Source of the DNA: Podarcis erhardii
Taxonomy: Eukaryota
NCBI GenBank assembly: GCA_964252035.1
Contig: OZ176203.1
Strand: one strand, 5' to 3'
DNA: 64,000 bases
The notes beneath the pieces were generated by a model. That model did not search any database. It saw only the letters and a program-made list of their open reading frames with translations, and was not told the DNA's origin. Made by a program: the position numbers and the translations under genes. Numbering within the stretch: the stretch's first letter is position 1; the number at the start of each line of letters is the position of its first letter. This document shows positions 13,401 through 26,639 of this stretch, one piece after another.

Positions 13401-15598
13401 TCAAGAGATTTTTGTTTTGTTTTGCCCCAACGCTAGGCCACTGAAAGTTTTAATGTATAAGGCATTATTAAGCTTTACAACTCAAAAGTGGAAACACTGG
13501 TCATATACTGTATTTATCAACCATAAACAGAATGCATGCATTATACCGCACATCTGCTGCTAGATGATGATAGAAGCCATGCCACAAGAGGAGTGAGAAG
13601 GTCAGTGATACAAGCATGGAGGTAATTATTGTTTATGGCTGCACTAATTGATGTGGAGTGCTGCTCATGGTCTATGGTGTGAGGAGTCACAGGGTTCCAC
13701 AGGGATTATAACATTCTTAGCTATTTCACAGCACTGTTTCACAAATGGGTTTCCTTTTGCCTCTACTTGCTAGTCTTCAACAAAAACTGTAAGATTTCAA
13801 GAAATTAGGCATCATTTTATATTCACTTCATTAACTATTTCCTTTGTTTAAAAAACAACAACAATTCACCCCCAGGATAGAAAGAATTTTGAACTATTTA
13901 AAAAAAAAAAAAAAAAGACTGCCTATTTTAATAAAACCAAGTTTGCTTATGAGAAGCACATAGAATATTATTTCCACCAATAAATAAACTATAGTGCTTA
14001 TTTTGGCAGCTGCTGCTCATTTAATAGAACACAGATGTGTGAATATATCTGTGTTTACTTTAGTGCAGGGATCACTGTAATTTATAATCACCAAGAGGCT
14101 CTATCTGTCCACAGTGATCCCACAGACATTAAGGTAGGTCACAGATGTTGGCTTCACAACCAACCAAGTCATGGAAGCTTTTTCTATTTTGATGCAAAAA
14201 GCTTGGTTAAAGAGTCACATGTTAATGGAGATTTCATGTAATTCATCTCCTTACATGTACGTTTAGGTCTCAAGACTGACTCATGAAGATCTAAAACTAC
14301 AGCCTCCTGTGTCCATACAGGTTTCTTTTCAGTGCCAAAAATTATACAGCTAAAATGTAGGTGAAATTCTTCTGAAAAGTAAAGAAGATTCTGTTTCAAT
14401 CATCCAAACCTATTTGTTTCAGAATATTTTTCTTCCCCAAGGAAACTGGAGTCTAATCTGCAGGTCCATCTCTTTCATCATAATAATACTTGATTTAAAG
14501 GCATACCACTGTTCCTTGTAGGAGCACAGGGTTCTGCTCAACCCTTTGAGTAACCAAGAGCACCTCAGAGCTTTTCTTAAGTTATGCACTACCAATGATT
14601 ATAGGCACAATCAACTGGGAAGCTCTCCTCTGCAAGTCCCATCATGATTAATTGATAGCTACATAAAAGCTTTACTCTTGTACAACTTCAGATAACTTAG
14701 GGACTTGCACAGGATAACTTACCAGTGAATTGTACCCATTGGACCTTGGGCCTTGCCTAACAAATAACTATGGCATGAAGCCCATGAAACACCTGCTTCA
14801 CACACACACAGTGAGAAAAGTATCCCTGTGCAAGCAATTTTGTGTGTGTGCATGTGGATCTGTGCCAGTATGCTATCAACGAACGAAAACCCATTTAAAA
14901 GTCCACAGTGGGTCTTCTATGAGTGTAATAGCCTTTAATAATTTTTACTATACACTTTCCCCACATAAATATTTACCCACATCGATAATCAGATTTTATC
15001 AGCACAGGTGTGTTGTTAAAGCAGGTGATACTCTGTTTAGAAATAAAACACAGCAAAGCAAAAGCTGTATGTGTGATATACTGAAAAGAATCCATTTATT
15101 GACATATCTAATTTAAGTTAAAAAGCACAAACATAATGAGTAAATGTTGTCTTTACTGGGTTTAAAAAAAGTTTTATTTTATGTTGTGAGCTGCTCTGAG
15201 AACTTTTTTAACAGCTCCACCAATATGTACTGCAAGCATATAATTATATAAGTAAATAAATGCATATAGATAAAGACTGTTCGTTAATACTAATTTTACA
15301 ACAAAGATTTTCCCTTCAGTAAGGTTACTGCAATAAGTATATGGATAAGTTGTGTGCCAGCACAACTATGATTAGAAGTTTTTGAAGCATTTCTGGTTTA
15401 GCAAACTCTGTACCAACCCCAGTGAGTTGAAACAATGACACCAACACATGGCTAGCAAGAACAGGTGGTCTAATGGCATAGGCAAAACAGAGGAACTTGC
15501 TAGCACATAGGGGTGATACACAACAAAACCCTGGTTTTAAAATGTAACAAGACAGGCTCCTGTGGTTGCCAGTTCAACAGGATGCCTAAGTACCCGAC

Positions 15599-15733
15599 CA
15601 GGGGTAGCCAACATGGGGCCTACAAAGGCCTTCCTTGGTACCTACCCCACTGATATTAGGCTTGGAATAATAATTTTATTGTAGCCAGTTTATTTTCCAG
15701 TTTACAAATGTCCCCACAGGTTGGCAACCCTTG
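15599..15733. mobile_element. hAT-type MITE remnant
   Basis: Termini CAGGGGTAGCCAAC / GTTGGCAACCCTTG form imperfect TIRs; no TSD. Confidence 0.45.
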
Positions 15734-16513
15734 TGGTATACCTTTATATTTTCCAACCCTATCAGTTTGTGTACAGACAATGCCAGTTTCAGTCTACTTA
15801 TAACATATGTTTAACTACAGTTTCCAGAGTTTTCACTGGTGCCTTGCCAGCCAGCTCTCTTTTTTCAGGTTACAGCTCTCAGTAGAGAGTATTGGGACAG
15901 CAGACCCCAGTCAGAACCTTTATCAGCTGCCTTTATCCATCCTCCCAAGAACAAAATGAAGCACCGTTGGGATACTCCATCAGATACTTTGCATAGCCTG
16001 ACACCAGATCCTTCTAACTTAATAGAACAGTAAAAGCTAGTGATTTTTTCTTTTGCTGTAAGAATTAAACCATGTGATCTACTGACAAGCATGCTGACTC
16101 TGGATGTGGCAAAATTAGGGCAAATTTTTACCTGCCAATTAAGCATACAGTGTAGCCTTAGGCAAACTGCACTCTCAAAGCCCAGCCAACCTTGCATGGT
16201 CATTGTGGTTGTGATTGAAAAATGAAGAGATGCAAATGTAACAAATAATAAATGTCTTTATTACACTGCCAGCTCTGGCTTGCTGACAAGCTCTTTATCC
16301 TCTTAAACAAGTAGAAATCAGTTGGTGCTGGAAAATAAGTAAATCTTGAACTGCTGGCATCCGTTAGAACCAGTGTGCAGAAGCACAAGTTTCTAGAATT
16401 ATATATTTTTAAAATTTCTTAAGGAGGCACTCCTTCAGATGTTCATAGAACAATCTAACCCCATCTAATTAATCTCTTATATTTATGATGGCTGTCCGAC
16501 AGCACATACAGGT

Positions 16514-16874
16514 GATCTAAAACACTGAGTCTATTGGGCTTGCCGATCGGAAGGTTGGCGGTTCGAATCCCTGTGACAGAGGGAGCTCCTGTTGCTCTGT
16601 CCCAGCTCCTGCCAACCTAGCAGTTCGAAAGCACGCCAGTGCAAATAGATAAATAGGTACCACTGTGGCAGGAAGGTAAACAGCGTTTCTGTGCACTCTG
16701 GTTTCCGTCATGGTGTTCCATTGCACCAGAAACGGTTTAGTCATGCTGTCCACATGATTTGGAAAGCTGTCTGTGGACAAATGCCGGCTCCCTCAGTCTG
16801 AAAGCGAGATGAGTATCGCAACCCCATAATTGCTTTTGACTGGACTTAACCGTCCAGGGGTCCTTTACCTTTTT
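16514..16874 (+). mobile_element. Sauria SINE (Squam1), slightly 5'-truncated
   Basis: GGTTCGAATCC B-box, CCTGCCAACCTAGCAGTTCGAAAGC body, CCTTTACCTT tail; 7-bp TSD TACAGGT at 16507-16513 and 16875-16881. Confidence 0.92.
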
Positions 16875-18066
16875 TACAGGTTCTAATTGCCTCCCAGCTC
16901 AGTCAATTAGATGTGTGTAATAAACTTCCAGAGAAAGCTCATTCATGTTCAAGACTTTCTAGGCAAGTGACGACTTTCTTGCTTGACCCAGTCTAGATTT
17001 GTCTGATCCTGCTTCACCCTATTCTCCCAGCCTGCATGCATGTTTCTTGCCTTTTGCTTTCCTAGAAACTGACTAATGCTATGATGAATCCCACAAACTT
17101 CTCCTAGCTACTTCCCAGTGGGCTCCAGGTCTTTGGCCAGATCTTTGAGGAAGTCACTGTCTGCCAATAAAGAGTGGAAATGACAACTGCTTCCATTAAT
17201 ATAGGTTTACTGTAGTGAAAAGCCTGTTGCAGAAGATCTTTACAAGCCTGATATTCAGGCTTTTGTGTGTGTCATAGTACTATTTGCAGAGGAGAGCGCC
17301 CTCTGCACTATTAAAAATAGATTTAATATAATTCTTGCAGATCAGCTGAAACATACACTTGCCAAGATACCTTTGAAATCTAAACTATTTTGAGATTATT
17401 TTTATTGAACAACTATTTCTAATATAGTTTGAAATCCTATGACGAGGACATTTCAAAACTCACTTTAAAAAGATCTGTGGCTATACTTGGGCTTGCAGAC
17501 TGTTTGACAGTGTATGTATGGATTATATATCATTTGAAAAGAAGCCGTTAGAAACAGAGAATCATGCAGCTTTTTCTAAGTTGCTGCAGCTTTTGAACTT
17601 CTTCTTTCTGTTGCCCTAGGTGTTTCATTAGCACTTCAACTACAGTTGCATCACATTAACCTTTTTATAGTTTAATGCATAAATTTAAAGTAGGACATGA
17701 AAGAAGGATTGAAGGGTGGAGAAAAGCGATTCACAAAGAGAATGAGGAGCAATGAAATGTGAATGTAAAATATAGCTATTCCTAGCAAAATCAAAAGAGA
17801 AAAGACCTACCAGAAAATCTAAATTATAATTTTTAAATACATGATGTTATAGAATGCACTGTGGATCTGGACTCAAGCACACTTTCTTCAACAGACATAT
17901 TAAGTGCATAGATTTGGAGTATGAAATTTGGTAATAGATAGCATCTGAAGTGGAAGGTTTGCTATCCTTCTCCAAGACATTTGATCTCAGGTAGGAAACA
18001 ACCAGCTTTTTTTTATTCAATACACAACTTTTGTTTTTATGTCACTATTTTTCCTTCTTCACTATA

Positions 18067-18317
18067 CAGTCATACCTTGGTTGTCAAACGCCTTGGTACT
18101 CGTCCGTTTTGGCTCCCGAACATCACGAACCCAGAAGTGAGTGTTCTGGTTCATGAACATTCTTTGGAACCCGAACATCCAACGTGGCTTCTGCGGCTTC
18201 CGATTGGATGCAGGAAGCTCCTGCAGCCAATCGGAAGCCTCGCCTTGGTTTCCGAACGTTTTTGAAAGTCAAACGGACTTCCGGAATGGATTCCCTTCGG
18301 GAACCAAGGTACGACTG
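18067..18317. mobile_element. Tc1/mariner (Tigger/pogo-like) MITE
   Basis: TIRs CAGTCATACCTTGGTT / AACCAAGGTACGACTG; TA on both sides; internal 21-bp hairpin at 18195-18239. Confidence 0.85.
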
Positions 18318-18418
18318 TATGGTGGATGTTATTTATAAAGCATCTAAAACCACGAAGTGTTGAACAAGGATTTAAAAGCAATACACACTCTGCCTGCAGA
18401 TTTGCAATTTAGGACTCA

Positions 18419-18718
18419 GCTAGGTCTTGCCAATCAGAAGGTTGGCGGTTCGAATCCCCGCAATGGAGTGAGCTCCCGTTGCTCGGTCCCTGCTCCTGCC
18501 AACCTAGCAGTTCGAAAGCATGAAGTGCAAGTAGATAAATAGGTACCGCTCTGGCAGGAAGATAAACGATGTTTCCGTGCGCTGCTCTGGTTCACCAGAA
18601 GCAGCTTAGTCAAGCTGGTGACCGGGTCCCTCAGCCAATAAAGCGAGATGAGCGCCACAACCCCAGAGTCTTCTGTGACTGGACCTAATGGTCAGGGGTC
18701 TGTTTACCTTTACCTTTA
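18419..18718 (+). mobile_element. Sauria SINE, 5'-truncated with internal deletion
   Basis: Same B-box, body and (ACCTTT)n tail as the other copies. Confidence 0.9.
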
Positions 18719-18772
18719 TTATAGCTTCAAATAAAACATTTTAACTGCATTGTAAAGTGCATTATACAAATG

Positions 18773-18790
18773 TGGCACTAGATGGCAATG
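18773..18790 (+). promoter_or_regulatory. CTCF-like motif
   Basis: TGGCACTAGATGGCAATG; core GCACTAGATGGCAA matches 12/14 positions. Confidence 0.35.
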
Positions 18791-19989
18791 GTGAGCTATG
18801 GCAAATTCAATATATTTAAAAAAGCAATTTCACAGCGTTTTTTTATATGTGTCTAGATTCCACCATTGTTAAGGATAGGACTTACTTGTAAGTGGCAAAT
18901 GAGGAAATGCAAATGACAATGCTTTCTGTTTTCACACTTCTTCTGTAATATGCAAGAGTGGACCTCCTACCCCTTTGTGGAAACATATGTGTACACACCA
19001 TACATTTAAAAGCACATTTCACCCAGTAAGAATCATGGGGAGTATGGTTTATTAAGGATGCTGGGCATTGTAGCCTTTTGATGAGTAAACTACAGTTACT
19101 AGGATTCTTGGGGAGGGAATGTGTTTTAAACTTTCAACCAACTGCTTCTAGTCTTTAGCCAGGTGTATGAGAGTGAGCGGTAAAAGCATTGTGAGTGCCT
19201 GGCTCCTGTGCCCCCCTTTTCTGAGCTGTCCACCAGAGCCTGCTCCTCTGTGTGCAGGAGCTGCAGGGCTTGGTGCAGGCTGCAGAAGCATCAGAATGTA
19301 TTATGAAGATAGTGAAACAGCAGCAGGAGGAGAAGGGAGTTGGGAGGAGCAGTAAGAAAGCCACACTGCAGGTGCAACAGAAATACAAAGCCATCCACAC
19401 AGCACTCAAGGACTGCCAACAATCCTGAGCTCTAATGGGCTGCAAACTGCAGGTTATTTCGGGAAGGTGAAAAAGGCTCAGTCTTTTATATGGAAGACCT
19501 TTAATGCATATGGAAGCCTGCAAAACATAGCCTGCTGCATTCCCAAATGGAGAGACCACAGTGCCTGAAACATACCAGAACTGCTTTGTTTCCTTCCCCC
19601 AAAAATAAATAAGTCTATATATCACCTATATTGCTGCTAGTAAGAAGAAGAGTGAGAAGTTCGAGCAGGATCACCAATCCAGGGGGACATGCTGGCTTGG
19701 CTTCCTCAACTGTGAATGGACCTGTTGCTTATTGAGGAGGACGTGGGCAAGATCCTCATTTCCAGTGCCTTGGTGGTCTACCTGGATCCAATATCCATCT
19801 TACCACTGGCAGTAGGCCCGTGAGCCCCACCATCTCTACCGTGGCCCATTACCTGAGGACACCAGCCGGCACAACATCTGGCTGAGCTGGTTTAGCAACA
19901 GGGATGATGTGTATTTTAATAATCTGAATAGAGTAAAAGATTATGCATCAGGGGTATGCGGAGTGTGTGTGTACGAACTTAGCAGTGCT

Positions 19990-20298
19990 TAGCTTATTTT
20001 TTTAGTTGCTATTTTGTTAATGTTAATATTGTTTTATAGATTATAAATGCTGTATTGATTTGTTAATCATAGAATATGGCTTCTGCTGTAATTCTGATCT
20101 TTAGCTTTTTTGGCTTGCTGCTTTGTTAATAGTGTTTTATGGATCATAATTGTTTTACTGATGAATTGTTAGTTATTTTATATGATATATGTTGTACTTG
20201 TGATGCACCGTATTATGTTGCTTTTATTTATTGTTTGCAAGCCACTTTGGGATTCTTTTGAATGAAAAGGGGCATAGAAATACAATAAATCAATCAAA
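19990..20298 (+). mobile_element. L2-type LINE 3' UTR/tail
   Basis: T-rich GTTTT tract ending GCAAGCCACTTTGGGATTC...AAAGGGGCATAGAAATACAATAAATCAATCAA, typical of squamate L2 ends. Confidence 0.5.
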
Positions 20299-21689
20299 GT
20301 GAGCTTTAAAAGTAGGGTGTATATGCAGTTGATTAGTGAAGATGCAGTTTTCTTTTTTTTTTGAAAGCAGAGTTCTTTAAATTAAGAACTACCAGTTCCT
20401 GTTAGTGTAGGACAACTGCATACAAACATAATTCCAATGTCTTTGATGGGATTACATTTAAATTACATCTGAAACAGATGCATTTTTCTAACTGTCCTTT
20501 ATCAAACTATATCAAGTTCAGTACAAACCATTTGTGTTTTGTACTGTACTGTATTTTCAAAGAGAAACCTGAAGTTTCAGAAATTATTAAAGATGCATCA
20601 GGCTTTATTATTCAAAACATGGATGCAGAGGCTGCACTCTACCTTGAGACATAAGTTTGGATGCTCATAAAACAAGCCAAACAATTAATCCCTTCACCAA
20701 GGGATGACATGAAACCTCAACCAGGGTAGCTTCAAACACCATTAAAGGCTGTCTTTGTGCTCATTAGCACCATTGGGACAGCATTTTGTGTTGGAGGCTT
20801 TAGGTTTTACCAATTCAGCTCCAAAGAAAGTTGTTACCAGCTTGTATTCTGCAGTTCACAGGCTCTCAAAAAGAACACATTAAAACAGTTAGAATCCCCA
20901 GGGCAAATGGAGGAGATTAAGTAGCCTTCTCTTGCAACAGAATCCTGAGCAGACAAAGCTTGGTATTGTGTATTCAACACACTATCTCTTTCCAGCACTG
21001 AACTTTACTATTGTCCTTCCAGATTCTAGTTTACAAAGTGTTTGGGGGGCTTTGCGTAATGGTTCACTGGCACCACCATTGACATCCATCTGAGTGTGGG
21101 AACTTTCTGAACAGGACATAGTGCCTTCCCAAGCAGCTTGACTATTATATCAAATCTTTTTCTTGGAACTTCACCTTTTTAAAAAATAAAAATAAATGCA
21201 AGATTCTATCCTTTTCATCTAAATAAATCTTATTACTTACTCTGTATCAATGAATATGCTATAAATGCTATAACTATGTGAGCATATTTTAGATTGATTC
21301 AATTTTTTTCGATATTGAGTTAAATGCTTGCAACAGTTTCCATTAAAAACGAGCCACTGTTTCAACTGAAAACCCTCTCTTTGTATTTCAAGCACCTTTT
21401 TGTTTCTTTGAAGCAATCATATTTTCTGCTGAAGTGCTTCTCATTTTTGCATCTGCTAACTAAAAAAAATTACTTTTCAAACTGTATAATATGAATTTGG
21501 CAAGGAATGAAATACAATACTTTATAAAAGCACAGACATTCCTATAGTGTCAGGGACTGAGTGAGTCTTGTGTACTCTTTTGTCAAACTGTACATAATCT
21601 ATCAGAAACATTCTAGGATAATTGATTGATTGTAGTATTTTATTTTATTTTGGTCAGTGGGTGGCTGCTGTTTATACTGTGTGCTTGAG

Positions 21690-22345
21690 AGGACCTCCTT
21701 GGGGAAGGAAGGATGATGCAACCCTTATTGCAGTGATCATGGGTAGAGGGAGACGTTGCCATGGGGAGGTGATAAATAATCACTGAAGGGCAGAGTGGGG
21801 CTATTTACACTTTGTTCCTTGCTCCTCACTTACCATATCTGAGTTCCTGGTTGCTTATCTGCTGTGCCCACCAGCCTGGGCATACTGTTGTACTATTGTT
21901 TAATGCCGGAATGGTGCATAATAAGACTTCATATGATTTGATCATGGATGAGGGTGCTATTCTGATGTGTATTACTGATACCTGAGTGGGTGAGTTGGGA
22001 AGGGTTCATCTAACACAGGTATTCTGCCCAGCACATTTGGTGCTGTATCAGCACAGGCTGCATAGATGGGGCGGGTAGAAGCTGTGATCCACTGGACTTC
22101 TATGTCTGTTACCAGGAAACACCCTTATCTATGAAGACCTGTACCTATTATTGGGCCAAGGAGACAGTAATATTGAGTTGCTGTTGGCATACCATCCACC
22201 CTGCTGCCCAGCAGCTTCTCTGACTGATCTAGCAAAGGTAGTATCAAGTACAGTGTTGGAGGAATCCAGAACGATAGTGCCTCTTGTGTTCTGGCTCAGG
22301 ACTTCATGGTGTCCATGACACCCATGGGGCTGTCTGTCACTGATA
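21690..22345 (+). mobile_element. L2 LINE 5' portion with degraded AP-endonuclease domain
   Basis: Frameshifted translation LLLFNARMVHNKTS.DLIMDEGAILMCITDT, YHPP...SLTDL and AQDFMVSMTPMGLS matches L2-clade EN motifs. Confidence 0.7.
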
Positions 22346-23569
22346 TGATGGAAAGGGCAGGGGATTTCAGGGGGATATCACAACATAGCACTTGTTTCTG
22401 TTTCCTTACCTGATCATTTCCCTGTTTTATGTGGTTTTTCACGCAACATAAAAGCCACTTCTGGAAATCTAGCAGAAGTTTAGCACTCATGTCTGTGTTA
22501 ATTGCTTCCAACAAAAATCCATTTGCAATGCCATTAACCCATAAAATCACAGGAGTTGTGCGCTGTAATTTTTCCACCAGTTTTATGAATCACCGCATAT
22601 GATGAAATTTGGCATGGTATCCCAGCATACAGTTATTTCCTGCCATTTTCATAGGTGAATCATGGGGGGACAGAAGCAAGTATTAAGTTCTGCAGAGAGT
22701 GGTTATTCTTCAATTTAAAGATATTCTGTTAGAAGATCTAATAAGAAAGAAACAGATATCATTTGCAAGCATGTTGTCATTAATGAAGTTGTTGTCAAAT
22801 ATACAATGCTCCAAATTTTTGATGGTAATAATTACTAGCTTTCCTGCCTATTCAAAGCAGTGAGAACAAAGGTCAAACCATTGTTTAAGGCTGTTATGTG
22901 CACTCGTTTAAAAAATGGCACATGGTTCTTTATTTATGTGATATTATCCACTCTTAAGGGCAAATCTCTTCCACTTATGTTAAAAGGTTGTCTGCCTCTA
23001 TCCAAATTTTATTTACAGGGGTTTTTTTGTTAGTGGAACCTTGCAACATTTTCCAATTTCTAGAGGGCTTTCTTCACAAGGTCTTCATACAGTTCTCTCC
23101 TTTTAGAGTACTGTACTCTGAACTAGCATTCCGCTTGGGTATCTCTGCTCATGTGACAAGTGTTACCCTTGAGAGTTGCAACATTTTTTAAAAACAACAA
23201 CATAGCTTATCTCTTGTTTTATTTTTCTTCATCATGTCCCCTGAAATATCATGTAGGGAAAACATAGTGACTCTGCCAAATGGAATTTCACTGACATGGA
23301 ATTTCTGCACAAAAGAAGATAGTTTGTCAAAGCACTTTTAAAAATATCAGTTATTTAAACTGATATTTAAACTCTGTACCTGTAAGAGTTTGTAAATGGA
23401 CAATGTGTTTGCTCTGAATAAACATAAATTAGGCAACCATAACAATGATGGTTTAGCCAGCCAATCCAAGCTGTTTCTGAAGTGTTGGTACTGTCACATG
23501 ATGACAACTTCTAGGAGCCACAAGTGAGAGCTGAGTGCAGGGTGAGGACCAAAGGTGGACCAACTACCT

Positions 23570-23696
23570 TGTGGAAGGGACCACAAGGATCATCTAGTCA
23601 ATCCCCCTGCAATGCAGAAATATTTTGCCCAACATGGTGCTTAAACTCACAGCCCTGAGATTAAGAGTCTCATGTTCTACTGACTGAGGTATCTGG
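23570..23696 (-). mobile_element. tRNA-Lys(CTT)-derived SINE with CR1-like 3' end
   Basis: Reverse complement CTCAGTCAGTAGAACATGAGACTCTTAATCTCAGGGCTGTGAGTTTAAGCACCATGTTGGGC resembles tRNA-Lys-CTT, followed by GCAGGGGATTGACTAGATGATCCTTGTGGTCCCTTCC (CR1-type tail). Degenerate T-arm, so not a functional tRNA. Confidence 0.75.
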
Positions 23697-26639
23697 TGAG
23701 AGAATATAATATTATATTTATTAGTAGCTTTTTTTCAGAAAAGTGAAACTCAAAGCAACTTACCAAAATGAACATTAAAAAAACAAGGATATAACAACCT
23801 AAACACATACACAAGTAATTAAAAACAACAACAACAGATCTAACATCCCCACAAATAGATAAGCAGAAAATTAAGATGTATTCCCCTGTAACTTACTACA
23901 AAATACCTTTTGTACTCAACACCCCCAAATAGCCATTATTCTATCTTCTAGTAAAGTGGGTGATTGTTAATTGTTAGTCCTGTATGTCCTGAAATCTTTT
24001 GAAAACGTAGCTTCTCCTCCTCCTCCACATCTACTTACTCTGATAACTGCAAAAAGACTTTATACACCCCTCTCTTTTCAACAGCTGCTTCTAGAATTAT
24101 CCAGGGATCATTGTTTTGTGGCCTAGACACTGCTTAAATAAGCAAAACATCAATTAACTACAGAAGCACTAAAATCCAAGGCCCTTCATAACTGAAACAG
24201 CCAATCAGCTACAAAACTTGAATCTGCATTTAGAGTCGGATCACAGTGTTTCTGACATCCCTCATTCCTGTCTGGTTAGTGTTTAAATTCTATGGGTAGG
24301 ATTTTCTATAATGAGTGCAACACATAAAACCTCTCTGGTTCACAATAAGGTCATGTAAATCTTTCTTTCAACTCTAATTTATGGGAGTTTCCCATCTATA
24401 TATTTTTTGTTTTCATAATCTTCTAGGGAAGACCAACTATAACATGAATATGAGCTCATTAGTGAATTTCTACTGGAGCTTAGAGGCTTACCAACAAGCA
24501 TTTCAGTTAGATTAAAAACTGGGATAGATAAATATATCAGGCTATGCTACGATGAATAATTATAGGACTTCAAGTTATGGAGGATTTTTTTCTCCACCTA
24601 AAAATATATATGAAGTAGTAACTGAATATGAGCATAGATTCAAATGGCATCATGTGGAGCATATAGCCTCCGTTCAGTCATACAGAAATAATGAGGTGAC
24701 ATTGTAGCCACTATTTCTTTGGATGGTCTTAAATCCCAACCAATAGGTTCATAATTTTATGAAAATTTGTAGAAGAAGAAGAAAAAAGAGAAATGCCCAT
24801 TTCTATTTTGCTGAATTAAATATACTTTAGTGTGGTTCTTATTTGTAAGTAACTATGAACTGATGTGAGTTCACAGTATTTACTATAGATCTAGCAGGAT
24901 CAACAATTTGAGCTATAGTTTGCAAAATGTTCTAAATCATCAACTACTACAGAGTGCCTGGCAAGACTTAGGAATCCCTTCCTGGTCTATATATCTTCTG
25001 AATTTCTCAAAAGAAGTTATAGAAGAGAGTCTTTCTTCATGTGAGGGAGTTGGCACATCTGACTGTAGACATGTATCAGCTACTGGTAGCAAAAATGAAT
25101 CTAAATCACTTTGTTTAGAATTTGATACTACAAAGGACAAATTATACTTCCTTGTAGCTCTAAAAGACTAAAAGATTATGTCTTATGCCAAGGTCCTGTA
25201 AAACAAACAGATTGCTACTTCTGTGCTAGGCTTGAGCCACAACTTGGGCCAGCTGGATCTTTTGCAGCATAGACCCTGGTGGAACAATGTGAGGAAATGC
25301 TGATAATATTGGTCCAAAGTACTCCCAACAGAAGGATCTTGCCAACAGCCATTCAAGCCACTAGTTAAAAGCTGAATGTCAAGAGTCATTCTGGTTATCC
25401 TTCAGCACAACTTACTCTTCTATATGCTTGGTAATTCTATCTTCAATAATGCTTTCCACCATTTTTTTAGAACAGACATGAAGATGGTGGCTTCCAATTT
25501 TCTTGTTTTTCCACTGGTTTCTTTGTTTGATTGATTCCCTTTAGGCCTTAGAGTTCAATATGACATAGCTCAGAGAAACTGGAATTAGAACAGAATCAAA
25601 CATCTTATGATATCACACTGTTCTTCTAGGTTTTACCAGCTATTTATTTTCTTCTTGGCATTAAACTGCTGAGATTGATCATTTTCTTGGTTCTGTAATG
25701 ACCTGTTTTAGTAAGCAAAATACACCCCCCCACACCAAAAAAAGTTCACTGAGATCTGCAGATCATTTCTGTGAATGAGAACAGTAAATTCCTGTCGCCC
25801 GAGGCTTTAAACCTTCCGGGACTAGGTATTCTGCTTGAAATTGAGTTGTTAGTCCCGTTCCTTTAGTTTGTGTGATTTATACTTTGTACTCCATTAGGCT
25901 GCATACCAGAGAACCTTTAATTACGTGTTTCATGAAAATATTTGATGTACTGTGCTCATTTCACTTTACTGAGCCTTGCTGAGCTCTGTGTGATGATGTT
26001 CTCTGTAAGTGGGGTGAATATTTTATCTTTCCAATCTTCGCTAGGACAAACCGAAAACACAGCTTTGCTGAAAAATAATAAAATAGAAAAGCAAGTGTAG
26101 TATCTTGGCCTTATTGCGTTGCTGGCCTATGTGCTGTGAAGTTGTGCCAAAAAGCTAACTGCCTGTCATCTTATGGTTATATACTGTGTGCTGTTTTATA
26201 TTAGCTTTGTTCAATTCCTAACTCTTAAAGTTGTCATGGCAATGAACAATATATTAAAACACTGATTATTAGCTACTTGCTTACTCCTTGCAAATGGATC
26301 CCTTTACCATGTTGAGTAGCATCTGTCATATGGTGTCTTATAAGAAATAATGCACAAAAACAGGAGTAAAAACCTCAAACTGTAGACTGAAAGTTGTTAA
26401 CATTATTTTTTTAAAAAAATAGGATTTCAAATTAATTTACCGTATATTTTCATGTGAATTTAAGATGAAGTTTAAAGTTTTAATTTAATATGAATTCTCC
26501 ATTGTTAGCATAGGCATTGCAAGCGTTTCAGCCCAGACTCTACAATACTCATTTGTAAGAAGACCACACACATATTTTTAATATCCATTTAGTTCAGGGA
26601 GGGGTGTCTGTATGCGTTTTGTGTATGGGGTGTTAGGGA

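Noticed and set aside
23620-23696. Functional tRNA-Lys gene
   Set aside because: T-loop and acceptor stem are degenerate and it continues into a CR1-like tail; it is a SINE head.
23750-25900. Possible very old LINE remnant
   Set aside because: Only vague motif resemblances, on inconsistent strands (SDH on +, RT-tail-like on -); cannot be supported without an HMM search.
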